From positions 43,003 to 107,002 of the forward strand of contig JBCCYW010000001.1 of assembly GCA_039188945.1 (NCBI GenBank): a stretch of 64,000 bases of DNA. The letters are read 5' to 3'. The DNA is from Patescibacteria group bacterium (GTDB lineage: Bacteria; Patescibacteriota; Minisyncoccia; Phycocordibacterales; UBA918). A program made the translations under genes and the position numbers. The notes under the pieces are model-generated. The model saw only the letters and a list, made by a program, of their open reading frames with translations. It was not told the DNA's origin and did no database searches. This document shows, one piece after another, positions 55,458 through 64,000 of this stretch. How positions within the stretch are numbered: the first letter of the stretch is position 1; each line of letters opens with the position of its first letter.

Positions 55458-56198
55458 GTGAGCACCGCTACTAACCTAAATTTCTCCATTAAAACCGAGG
55501 TGTTTGAAGGACCGCTTGAGCTGTTGTTGGAGCTCGTGGAGCGGCGAAAATTTCTGATTAACGACATCTCGCTCGCTTCGGTTACTGACGAGTACATGCA
55601 GTACGTTAGTGATATGCAAGAGGAATCGCTGCCGAACACCTCTCGCTTTGTCGCTTTAGCCGCCACGTTACTGCTCCTCAAGTCAAAATCACTGCTGCCA
55701 GTGCTTGAGCTAACCCAAGACGAAGAGGAAAGTATTGATAACCTTGAAGAACGATTACGGCTGTATCAAATCTACCGCGATGCCGCCAAAAATTTAATGA
55801 ATCAATTTGGGCAAACCATGCTGTATGAGCCTCTATTTGCTCCACCGAAAGAACCGCTCTTTCTGCCTGATAGTTTGTGCACCGTGGAGGTACTCCATGC
55901 AGCCATTGGTGAAGTGGTTGTCCAATTACCTAAAACCGAAGAAAAGCCAAAAGCTCGAGTGCGACCAACCATTTCGCTCGAAGAAATGATCGATAAGTTG
56001 CAACACCGAATTGAGCAGCAAATGAAAACACGTTTCTCAGAGCTGAAACAAGAGGTAACCGAGCACAAAGAAGTAATTGTCGGCTTTTTAGCGATTTTAG
56101 AGCTCGTGAAGCAGGGGAATGTGCTGGTAAAGCAAATCAGTCGCTTTGATGATATTGAAATCGAGGTCGAGCAGACCGGAGTACCAAACTACCATTAG
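55458..56198 (+). CDS. scpA: Segregation and condensation protein A
   Basis: FEGPLELLLELVERRKFLINDISLASVTDEYMQYV matches the ScpA N-terminus. Confidence 0.8.
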   Translation: MSTATNLNFSIKTEVFEGPLELLLELVERRKFLINDISLASVTDEYMQYVSDMQEESLPNTSRFVALAATLLLLKSKSLLPVLELTQDEEESIDNLEERLRLYQIYRDAAKNLMNQFGQTMLYEPLFAPPKEPLFLPDSLCTVEVLHAAIGEVVVQLPKTEEKPKARVRPTISLEEMIDKLQHRIEQQMKTRFSELKQEVTEHKEVIVGFLAILELVKQGNVLVKQISRFDDIEIEVEQTGVPNYH

Positions 56199-56247
56199 TG
56201 TCGATAATTTGACTGAAAAATAAGGCTATTTCTGCTAAAATGCTGGC

Positions 56248-56784
56248 ATGGGACTCGATGTCTATATCGAAGGGCTACTTTTTTATAAAGCCGTACCAAT
56301 GAAAAAAGCTGCCGTAGCGAAAGCTTTGGGAGTGAAGTTGGAGGAGGTTAGCGCCGGTGTTGCGGCGCTGAAAGCGCGTCTCAACACCGGCGCTCTCCGA
56401 CTCCTTGAAACCGACGACACTCTACAGCTCGTGACCGCACCCGAATTGAGTCATTTTATGGAAGGAGTACAGAAAGATGAGATCCGCGGTGATATCGGTA
56501 AAGCAGGAGCTGAAACACTAGCAATCATTTTATATCGCGGTCCGGTTACTCGAGCAGAGATTGATTCTATTCGTGGCGTGAATTCATCCTACATCTTACG
56601 CAACCTGCTTATCCGCGGCTTGATCGAGCGCAGCAGCACCAAGAGCGGGGGAGGATATGCCTTTTCAGTCTCGCCACCACTCTTGCAACATCTTGGTGTC
56701 ACTGAGAAACAACACTTACCTGATTACGCTAGAATTCTAGATCAACTTGAAGCTTTTGAGACTGCACAGCAAGCAGAAACATAA
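56248..56784 (+). CDS. scpB: Segregation and condensation protein B
   Basis: Tandem winged-helix pattern (IEGLLFYKAVPM ... AETLAIILYRGPVTRAEIDSIRGV). Confidence 0.8.
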   Translation: MGLDVYIEGLLFYKAVPMKKAAVAKALGVKLEEVSAGVAALKARLNTGALRLLETDDTLQLVTAPELSHFMEGVQKDEIRGDIGKAGAETLAIILYRGPVTRAEIDSIRGVNSSYILRNLLIRGLIERSSTKSGGGYAFSVSPPLLQHLGVTEKQHLPDYARILDQLEAFETAQQAET

Positions 56785-56786
56785 TT

Positions 56787-57797
56787 ATGGCCAAACCAGA
56801 AGACAGCGTAGACATTATAGATCCAGTTACCACGCCAGCGTATGAAGAGCGCAAATTTCCTGTGTTCCAACAACTCTTTCTCCTCTTGCTTGTGCTCGGC
56901 CTTGTATTTGGTGGAGCCTATGTGCCACAACTACTTCGTGACGTTTCTGATGAGCAAACGGCAACACCAATTAAGCCATTACCTCCGATAGAAAATGTAG
57001 AGGCTATTTCTGAGCTACCTGAGCTACCAATTCAGGCACGTATGGCCTATGTGTGGGATGTTCGAGAACAACGGGCTTTGTATAGTAAAAATCCAGATGA
57101 CGTGTGGCCACTAGCTTCGATTACCAAACTCATGACCGCTCTGGTTGCTTACGAACTCATCGAGAGTGAGAAAGATGTTGCTTTAAGTCTTGAAGCCATC
57201 AGGCAAGATGGTAATAGTGGCCTTATTGATGGCGAGCGATTTAGCTTGAGTACCCTAAGCGACTTTGCCCTCGTCACCTCATCGAACGATGCTGCCTATG
57301 CAATGGCACAGACCGCAGGCGCACTTCTGAGTAACGGTAATCATACTGAAGCGTTTGTGGCTGGGATGAACATCCGGGCTGATGAGCTCGGGTTGATGAA
57401 TACTAACTTCCGTAACCCAACTGGTTTGGATGTTAATGAAACCGAGGCGGGCGCTATGGGTACCGCGCGTGACGTCACGTTTCTTATGGAATATATCTTA
57501 AAAGAGCATCCAGAAATCCTTGAAGCCACCCAGAAGACGTATGATCGAGTCTACAACCAGGATGGGGCGTACCATGGTTCAGAGAACACCAATGCCTTGG
57601 CTGCTGATATTCCTAACTTAATTGGCTCCAAAACCGGCTATACCGACCTGGCTGGTGGTAATTTGGTGGTTGCTTATGATACCGGGCTCAATCGCCCGAT
57701 TATCGTTACCGTACTGGGTTCTTCTCGTAATGGTCGCTTCCAGGATGTAAAAACAATCATCGATGCCGTGAGCGACGGCTACAGCCTTAAAGAGTAG
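56787..57797 (+). CDS. D-alanyl-D-alanine carboxypeptidase (S11 / PBP5-like)
   Basis: SxxK (ASITKLM), SxN (SSND) and KTG (KTGYT) motifs. N-terminal TM anchor. Confidence 0.85.
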   Translation: MAKPEDSVDIIDPVTTPAYEERKFPVFQQLFLLLLVLGLVFGGAYVPQLLRDVSDEQTATPIKPLPPIENVEAISELPELPIQARMAYVWDVREQRALYSKNPDDVWPLASITKLMTALVAYELIESEKDVALSLEAIRQDGNSGLIDGERFSLSTLSDFALVTSSNDAAYAMAQTAGALLSNGNHTEAFVAGMNIRADELGLMNTNFRNPTGLDVNETEAGAMGTARDVTFLMEYILKEHPEILEATQKTYDRVYNQDGAYHGSENTNALAADIPNLIGSKTGYTDLAGGNLVVAYDTGLNRPIIVTVLGSSRNGRFQDVKTIIDAVSDGYSLKE

Positions 57798-57799
57798 TT

Positions 57800-58870
57800 A
57801 TGGAAACCGAAATCATCAAATTGCTTGTACCCGCCATCTTGGCGTTTATCGTCGGGATCGCAATTACACCAGCCATCACACACTTCCTCTACAAGCATGA
57901 GATGTGGAAGAAGAAAGCTGGCAAAGGCACTGGGTATGGTGGCGGGGGAACTCCAATCTTTGATCAACTCCATAAAGAAAAAGATACCAATACACCCCGG
58001 ATGGGAGGATTGGTGATCTGGGTTGCGTTATTAATTACGATCGTGCTCTTAGCAGGTCTGGACTTCCTATTTCCAAATTCTCTAGTTGGCCAACTCGATT
58101 TCTTGAGTCGCTCGCAAACTTGGATCCCACTCTTTACTCTCCTGGTCGGCGCAGTGGTTGGGTTTCTTGACGATTACTTAGAAGTGAAAGGTCTCGGCAA
58201 ACACTTCGCTGGTGGGTTACCGCTATCACAGCGGATGCTGGTGGTTCTGCTCACCTCAAGTTTTATTGCTTGGTGGTTTTACGAAAAACTTGAGGTGTCG
58301 AGCATTAGCTTCTTTATGGAGACGATTGAACTCGGGGTCTGGTTTATTCCGTTCTTCTTACTTGTTTCGGTCTGTATCTACATGAGTAGTGTGATTGATG
58401 GTATAGACGGTCTCTCCGGAGGGGTCTTTGTATTTATCTTTGGCGCTTATACGTTTATTGCTTTCTCTCAGAGCCAATTCGATCTGGCAGCTTTTTGTGC
58501 CGCTCTCGTTGGCGCTACTTTGGCGTTCTTGTGGTTCAACGTACCACCGGCTCGGTTTTACATGACCGAGACTGGTGTTATGGCGCTTACCATGACGATT
58601 ACGGTAGTTGCGTTCATGACTGACACGCTGGGTGATGGGGAAGGACTGACAGTCTTGCCTATTATCGGTTTCTTACTAGTAGCAACTGTAGCTGGTAATA
58701 CTATCCAGATTCTCTCGAAGAAATTGTTGGGGCGAAAGGTCTTCTTAGTAGCACCGATTCACCATCACTTTGAAGCACTAGGCTGGCCGGGGCATAAAGT
58801 TACGATGCGATACTGGATCATTGGGCTGATTTGCGCGGTTATTGGGATTGTTATTGCAGCCGCCATCTAG
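57800..58870 (+). CDS. mraY: Phospho-N-acetylmuramoyl-pentapeptide transferase
   Basis: DDYLEVKG, VIDGIDGLSGG, PIHHHFE signatures. Confidence 0.9.
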   Translation: METEIIKLLVPAILAFIVGIAITPAITHFLYKHEMWKKKAGKGTGYGGGGTPIFDQLHKEKDTNTPRMGGLVIWVALLITIVLLAGLDFLFPNSLVGQLDFLSRSQTWIPLFTLLVGAVVGFLDDYLEVKGLGKHFAGGLPLSQRMLVVLLTSSFIAWWFYEKLEVSSISFFMETIELGVWFIPFFLLVSVCIYMSSVIDGIDGLSGGVFVFIFGAYTFIAFSQSQFDLAAFCAALVGATLAFLWFNVPPARFYMTETGVMALTMTITVVAFMTDTLGDGEGLTVLPIIGFLLVATVAGNTIQILSKKLLGRKVFLVAPIHHHFEALGWPGHKVTMRYWIIGLICAVIGIVIAAAI

Positions 58871-58873
58871 GCT

Positions 58874-59980
58874 ATGTTTCATAACGTCGACAAGATACTC
58901 CTCCTCTTAACTGGGCTCTTGGTGATTGTTGGGTATTTTATTTTCTCCTCTGCTTCACTTGGACTGCTGGCTCGTGATGGCGCCTCTTTCTCTTCGGTGG
59001 CGTTCTCACAATTTATCTTTGGCATTGTTGGTGGGGGAGCAGCGCTTTTGATCACTAGTCATATCCACTATCGGCATTGGCGTAAGTACGCGTTTTATAT
59101 TTTTATTATCGGCCTCATACTTACGCTAGCGGTATTTATTCCTGGTCTTGGCTTTAGCTACGGTGGAGCGACTCGCTGGATTAGCTTAGGATCCTTCACC
59201 TTTCAACCAGCCGAGATTCTGAAGATTGCGTTTGTGATCTACATGGCGACCTGGCTATCTGGCACCTATCGTTCAATCGAAACCTATAAGAAAGGGTTAT
59301 TTCCGTTTATTGGGTTACTTGGATTAGTGGGAGTCGTGATGCTCCTCCAGCCTGATACCGACACCTACGCCATTATGGTCATGGCAGCGGTGGCGATGTT
59401 TTTAACTGCTGGCGGTAGCTGGCGACACATCGCTATGATGGGAGTTGGTGGACTGATCTTGATTGCTATTCTGGCTTTCTCACGGCCATACATTATGGAT
59501 CGACTAACTACGTTTATCGACCCTTCACTCGATCCGCTTGGCAAGAGTTATCAGGTACAACAATCACTTATTGCGGTTGGCTCTGGTGGAGTTTCAGGGC
59601 GCGGGTTTGGACAGAGTATTCAAAAGTTTGAATACTTACCGGAACCAACTGGTGACTCTATTTTTGCTGTCTACGCCGAGGAGTTTGGATTTATTGGTAC
59701 AAGTGTATTGATTTTGCTCCTCACGTTCTTTGTCTTTCGAGGGTACAAGATTGCTGCCCAAGCTAAAGACTTATTCGGCATGTTACTAGTAGTTGGATTT
59801 ATGACCGTCATAATTGCTCAGGCTTTTCTCAATATTGCTGCCATGTTGAGCTTGGCTCCATTGTCGGGATTACCACTACCGTTTATCAGTCACGGTGGTA
59901 CGGCCCTGTTGGCCTTATTAGCTTCGATTGGTATCGTTCTCAATGTATCGAAATTTAAAAAACCCGTTCGTGGTGCGTGA
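58874..59980 (+). CDS. ftsW: SEDS-family peptidoglycan glycosyltransferase FtsW/RodA
   Basis: 10-TM SEDS pattern. Positioned between mraY and murG. Confidence 0.85.
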   Translation: MFHNVDKILLLLTGLLVIVGYFIFSSASLGLLARDGASFSSVAFSQFIFGIVGGGAALLITSHIHYRHWRKYAFYIFIIGLILTLAVFIPGLGFSYGGATRWISLGSFTFQPAEILKIAFVIYMATWLSGTYRSIETYKKGLFPFIGLLGLVGVVMLLQPDTDTYAIMVMAAVAMFLTAGGSWRHIAMMGVGGLILIAILAFSRPYIMDRLTTFIDPSLDPLGKSYQVQQSLIAVGSGGVSGRGFGQSIQKFEYLPEPTGDSIFAVYAEEFGFIGTSVLILLLTFFVFRGYKIAAQAKDLFGMLLVVGFMTVIIAQAFLNIAAMLSLAPLSGLPLPFISHGGTALLALLASIGIVLNVSKFKKPVRGA

Positions 59981-59992
59981 TAAACTTCTGAT

Positions 59993-60115
59993 ATGAGTCC
60001 CGTTAGAGTCTGCGGCGGCGCACTTATAAGTATTTATATTTCTATACCATGGTCGAAAAAAATAATCTTTCAGGCATAAAGCTTCTGAACGACAGCCTGC
60101 CTCTAACGGGATGAG
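59993..60115. repeat. Second copy of the TCCCGTTAGAG inverted-repeat element (92-nt spacer)
   Basis: Left arm ATGAGTCCCGTTAGAG at 59993-60008. Right arm CTCTAACGGGATGAG at 60101-60115, which includes the murG ATG start codon. Confidence 0.6.
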
Positions 60116-61223
60116 AATTGGGTTTGTTGGTGGAGGCAGTGGGGGACATTTTTACCCTTTAATTGCTGTGGCTGAGAGTCTTAATCAAGCTCCAGAAAAA
60201 CCCGAGCTATATTACTTTGGGCCAACTGCTTACAACCAAGACATCCTCGACCAGCACAGCATTACCTTCATAAGAATCCCGGCCGGAAAGTTACGACGAT
60301 ACTTCTCAATTCAGAATTTTATCGACATCTTTCGTAACTTCGTCGGCCTTTTGGTTGCGTTCTATCAATTATTTAGGGTTTATCCCGACGTGATTTTTAG
60401 TAAAGGTGGCTATACCAGTGTGCCAGTACTCCTCATTGCTCGCTGGTACCGAATCCCAGTAGTCATTCACGAATCTGATGCCGTACCAGGGAAAGCCAAT
60501 AAACTAGCCGCTCCGTTTGCAAGATATATTGCTATTTCATACGACGACGCTGCGCAGTTTTTTCCTCCGGAAAAAACTGCGCTTACCGGTATTCCCATGC
60601 GCTTTGGCATTATCCAGCCACACCAAAACCCATTCACAGCTCTCGGGCTCGATCCAGCTATACCGGTTATTTATGTGACGGGCGGCTCTCTGGGAGCAGA
60701 GCGAATCAATAATCTCGTTCTTTCTTCGCTCACCAATCTCTTACCGCACTATCAAATCCTGCATCAAACCGGCCCCGTGCAAGAAGGTCTCGTAAAAGAA
60801 TCAGTTGCTGCCTTAATTAACGACCAGACATTGCGTAACCGTTACCACGTAATTGGGACAGGTTCGGTTGATTTTGTCTCCGCCGCCCTTGCAGCTGCGT
60901 CACTAGTGATTTCGCGCGCTGGTAGTACCACTATGTTTGAGATTGCTATCCACGGAAAACCATCCATCATCATCCCAATCCCAGAGGTAGTTAGTCACGA
61001 TCAGCGCACCAACGCCTACGCCTACGCCCGCACTGGCGCTGCCTCCGTGCTTGAGGAAGACAACCTCACCCCAAACTTGCTCACCGGAGAAATTAACTCT
61101 ATTATGACTGACCAAACCAAGTATCAAGAAATGGCAGGAGCAGCCAAACGCTTCACTGTAACGGATGCAGCACCAAAAATTGCTGCTCAATTAATACAGA
61201 TTGGAAACGAACATGGATCATAA
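60111..61223 (+). CDS. murG: Undecaprenyldiphospho-muramoylpentapeptide beta-N-acetylglucosaminyltransferase
   Basis: MRIGFVGGGSGGHFYPLIAVAESL (GT28 N-domain). 370 aa. Confidence 0.9.
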   Translation: MRIGFVGGGSGGHFYPLIAVAESLNQAPEKPELYYFGPTAYNQDILDQHSITFIRIPAGKLRRYFSIQNFIDIFRNFVGLLVAFYQLFRVYPDVIFSKGGYTSVPVLLIARWYRIPVVIHESDAVPGKANKLAAPFARYIAISYDDAAQFFPPEKTALTGIPMRFGIIQPHQNPFTALGLDPAIPVIYVTGGSLGAERINNLVLSSLTNLLPHYQILHQTGPVQEGLVKESVAALINDQTLRNRYHVIGTGSVDFVSAALAAASLVISRAGSTTMFEIAIHGKPSIIIPIPEVVSHDQRTNAYAYARTGAASVLEEDNLTPNLLTGEINSIMTDQTKYQEMAGAAKRFTVTDAAPKIAAQLIQIGNEHGS

Positions 61224-62640
61224 AGTAGTTACACGATTTGCCCCATCACCAACGGGTTATATGCATATTGGCGGAGTCCGTACCGCGCTGTTTGCCTTCC
61301 TTTATGCCAAGCAACAGGGTGGTGAATTTATTTTGCGCATTGAGGATACTGACAAAGAACGAGAAGTACCTGGCTCAATTGAGCATATTCAACAATCATT
61401 GCGTTGGCTTGGCATAGAATGGGAATATGGCCCAGACAAAGCTCATCCTGAGTGGGGGAGCGCGATTCAATCTGAGCGACTCGACACGTACAAACAATAT
61501 GTTGATGTACTACTTGAAAAAGGGTTAGCGTATTGTGATAAAACCGCTCCAGAAGAAATGGCCCGATTTCGCGAAGCTGATAAAGCTGCTGGGCGGCCAT
61601 TCCTATTCAGAAACCACCGACGGGAATGGCCATATGATGAAGGGTATCCCATTCGCCTCAAAGTGACTGATATCAAGCGATATGAATGGACTGACACGGT
61701 TCGTGGCCAGCTTTCTGCCGGTGAGGAGGCCTTGGATGATTTTATTATTATGAAAGCAGATGGGTATCCAACCTATAATTTTGCCCACATTATCGACGAT
61801 CTTCAGATGGGTGTAACCCACGTTATGCGCGGGGAGGAGTTTATTAGTAGTATGCCGAAGTTTTTGAGCTTATATGATGCTCTGGAAATTCCTTGGCCAA
61901 CATTTGTCACCTTGCCACCGATCATGGGTCCAGATGGAAAGAAGAAACTCAGTAAGCGAGACGGCGCGAAAGACTTACTCGAGTATCGTGATGATGGTTA
62001 CTTGCCCGAGGCAATGGCTAACTTCCTAGCTCTCATTGGGTGGAACCCAGGTAGTGAGCAAGAGTACTTTAACGCTGAAGAGTTGCTGCAAGCGTTTTCA
62101 CTAGAACGAATTCAAAAGTCAGGTGGAGTTTTTAATGAAGAAAAGCTGCAGTGGCTCAACAAACAACACATAGAGCATCTGCCAGAGCCAGAAAAGATCG
62201 ACTATGTACTTGAGGCGTTACCGACGTATGACAAACTCATTCTCACGCGCTTCGCACCCACCATACTAGAACGTGTACACACACAGACCGAAATCAGGCA
62301 GGCTGCTGAAGCAGGGGAGTATGCCTGGGCATTTGGCGACATCGAATACGATGCCAGCTTATTACAGTGGAAAAACGATGAATCAGAAGCAGCCAGCTTG
62401 CCGCGCCTGCAACAGGTGATTGTATTACTAGAAGCAGCTGACTTTACTTCGCCAGAAACAATCAAAACTAGTGTTTGGGCCTATGCCGAAGAGGTTGGGA
62501 AGGGAGAGGTCTTGTGGCCGACCCGAGTGGCCCTTACTGGACGAGAACAATCGCCTGATCCATTCACCTCAGCGTATATTTTAGGAAAAGATGAAGCTCT
62601 GCAACGCCTAACAGCAGCTTGTGCTAAAATAGAAGGGTGA
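61201..62640 (+). CDS. gltX: Glutamyl-tRNA synthetase
   Basis: VVTRFAPSPTGYMHIGGVRTALF (HIGH) and KLSKRDG (KMSKS). Start is ambiguous (61201 or 61213) and overlaps the murG end. Confidence 0.9.
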   Translation: METNMDHKVVTRFAPSPTGYMHIGGVRTALFAFLYAKQQGGEFILRIEDTDKEREVPGSIEHIQQSLRWLGIEWEYGPDKAHPEWGSAIQSERLDTYKQYVDVLLEKGLAYCDKTAPEEMARFREADKAAGRPFLFRNHRREWPYDEGYPIRLKVTDIKRYEWTDTVRGQLSAGEEALDDFIIMKADGYPTYNFAHIIDDLQMGVTHVMRGEEFISSMPKFLSLYDALEIPWPTFVTLPPIMGPDGKKKLSKRDGAKDLLEYRDDGYLPEAMANFLALIGWNPGSEQEYFNAEELLQAFSLERIQKSGGVFNEEKLQWLNKQHIEHLPEPEKIDYVLEALPTYDKLILTRFAPTILERVHTQTEIRQAAEAGEYAWAFGDIEYDASLLQWKNDESEAASLPRLQQVIVLLEAADFTSPETIKTSVWAYAEEVGKGEVLWPTRVALTGREQSPDPFTSAYILGKDEALQRLTAACAKIEG

Positions 62641-63947
62641 AAAAGCCACCACCATTTCTGGCCTTTTTCTGTGGGCTCGTACTGCTTCCGAGCTTGTTTT
62701 GGGTGGCGGAACAAGTTGAAGCCAACTCCGAAATAGAGCGCCTGCAAGATCAAATCAGTGAACGCAGCGACCGTTTATCGGAGATTGAAGCAGAAATCAC
62801 ACGTTTTGAGTTGGCGCTCCTAGAAGTAGGTGCAGAACGAGAAACCTTGCAAAAAGCCATCAATCAACTTGAGCTGGAACGAAAAAAAGTTGTCGCTGAC
62901 ATTGCTTTTACAGAAAACAAAATTAGCTCAACCGACCTTGAGCTCAATAAACTGATTCTGGAGATTTCTCGCACAGAAGCTGACATTGAACAAAATCAAA
63001 CTGCCATAGCAGAGATTATACGTCAGATAGACGTGGTGGATGACGACACGCTCGTTGAAGTACTCTTGCAGCACGAACGTCTTTCAGACTTCTGGAGTAC
63101 GGTTGAACGATATCAAACTGTGCGTAATGAAATTGTAATTAAAGTAGAGGAACTAGAATCGCTGCAAGAATTACTAGTAAACAAGCGAGACGAAACAACC
63201 GAGCAGCGTGATCAGCTCGTTGCGCTTAAAGAACAATATGATGACCAGAGTCAGGTGCTATTAAATAATCGTGCCGAGCAAGCAGATTTACTGCAAGCAA
63301 CCAGAAACGAGGAGAGTGAATACCAACGTCTCTTGGACGAAAAACAGTCAGCTAGGGAGCAGATTTTGGCTGAATTACGATCATTTGAAGCAGAATTACA
63401 ATTTATTCTTGACCCAACCACCATTCCAACTCCTGGCACCCAAGTGTTTCAGTGGCCACTCAAGAACATTATAATTACGCAGTACTTTGGTGGTACTGAA
63501 TTCGCAAGACGCAACCCTGGTATTTATGGTGGGAGAGCGTATCATCCTGGTGTCGATTTTGGCGCACCACGAGGCACCCAGTTATTTGCTCCCTTAAGCG
63601 GAGTTGTCCGCGCGACTGGTAATACCGATGCAGTTCCGGGTTGTTATTCTTGGGGTAAATGGACACTTATCGATCATGCTAATGGCCTTTCGACGCTGTA
63701 TGCTCACCAGGACCTTATTTCTGTGACCCCAGGACAGACTGTCTCTACCGGCGAAATTATCGGCTACATCGGCAATACCGGCTTCTCAACTGGTCCGCAC
63801 TTGCACTTTAGTGTCTACGCTACCGATGGTGTCTCAGTACGCCAATTTAATGAAATTAAGACAGTCACGAGCTGTGGGCCAGCTTCGACTCCAGTAGCAG
63901 CGACCGAGGCGTACCTCGACCCGATGGACTATCTGCCACCAGCATAA
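62637..63947 (+). CDS. M23-family peptidase with an N-terminal coiled coil (EnvC-like)
   Basis: Signal/TM, then a ~250-aa coiled coil, then a LytM domain (YHPGVDFGAP...HLHFSVY). Confidence 0.85.
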   Translation: MKKPPPFLAFFCGLVLLPSLFWVAEQVEANSEIERLQDQISERSDRLSEIEAEITRFELALLEVGAERETLQKAINQLELERKKVVADIAFTENKISSTDLELNKLILEISRTEADIEQNQTAIAEIIRQIDVVDDDTLVEVLLQHERLSDFWSTVERYQTVRNEIVIKVEELESLQELLVNKRDETTEQRDQLVALKEQYDDQSQVLLNNRAEQADLLQATRNEESEYQRLLDEKQSAREQILAELRSFEAELQFILDPTTIPTPGTQVFQWPLKNIIITQYFGGTEFARRNPGIYGGRAYHPGVDFGAPRGTQLFAPLSGVVRATGNTDAVPGCYSWGKWTLIDHANGLSTLYAHQDLISVTPGQTVSTGEIIGYIGNTGFSTGPHLHFSVYATDGVSVRQFNEIKTVTSCGPASTPVAATEAYLDPMDYLPPA

Positions 63948-64000
63948 GCTGTGGATAAGTAGCCTTAAAATAGTGGATAAGTTGGGGAAGAGAGTGGTAC

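Overview
The window is a 64-kb chromosomal segment with dense, mostly plus-strand housekeeping genes. By inference from the gene content and protein architectures listed below, the source looks like a reduced-genome, Gram-positive-like bacterium, possibly a Patescibacteria/CPR Saccharibacteria-type organism. Standard genetic code is inferred because many genes end in TGA.

Content in order:
- uvrA (3' end) and uvrC; ddl; pterin-4a-carbinolamine dehydratase.
- One tRNA-Ala(UGC) followed by two decayed tRNA-derived copies.
- A complete F1Fo ATP synthase operon, atpBEFHAGDC, with an unassigned 109-aa ORF between atpA and atpG.
- A two-gene RND efflux pump on the minus strand (adaptor plus permease, no outer-membrane factor); ychF.
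- leuS, carrying an embedded Nudix domain.
- A sigma-70 region 4 / HARE-HTH DNA-binding protein; mltG; mnmA, translationally coupled to an ATP-cone/Mrr-type endonuclease fusion.
- A small nuclease / MGMT / Rel-SpoT-HD (small alarmone hydrolase) cluster; pepF.
- alaS, which lacks the C-Ala domain.
- A ribosomal protein / rpoA block: infA-rpmJ-rpsM-rpsK-rpsD-rpoA-rplQ-rplM-rpsI.
- grpE-dnaK-dnaJ; a bacterial SET-domain protein; an orphan histidine kinase; trpS; a class IIb Asp/Asn-tRNA ligase; pepA; scpA-scpB.
- A cell-wall block: D-Ala-D-Ala carboxypeptidase, mraY, ftsW, murG; then gltX and an M23 peptidase.

I saw no rRNA, CRISPR array, transposase or integrase.

The most interesting signals are:
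- a Nudix hydrolase domain inserted into LeuRS;
- the ATP-cone/restriction-endonuclease fusion;
- an orphan ORF inside the ATP synthase operon;
- a recurring 11-13 bp inverted-repeat element that overlaps the atpB stop codon and the murG start codon;
- a tRNA-Ala tandem remnant with perfect 12-bp hairpins;
- an isolated, terminator-flanked gene for a Cys-rich secreted small protein.
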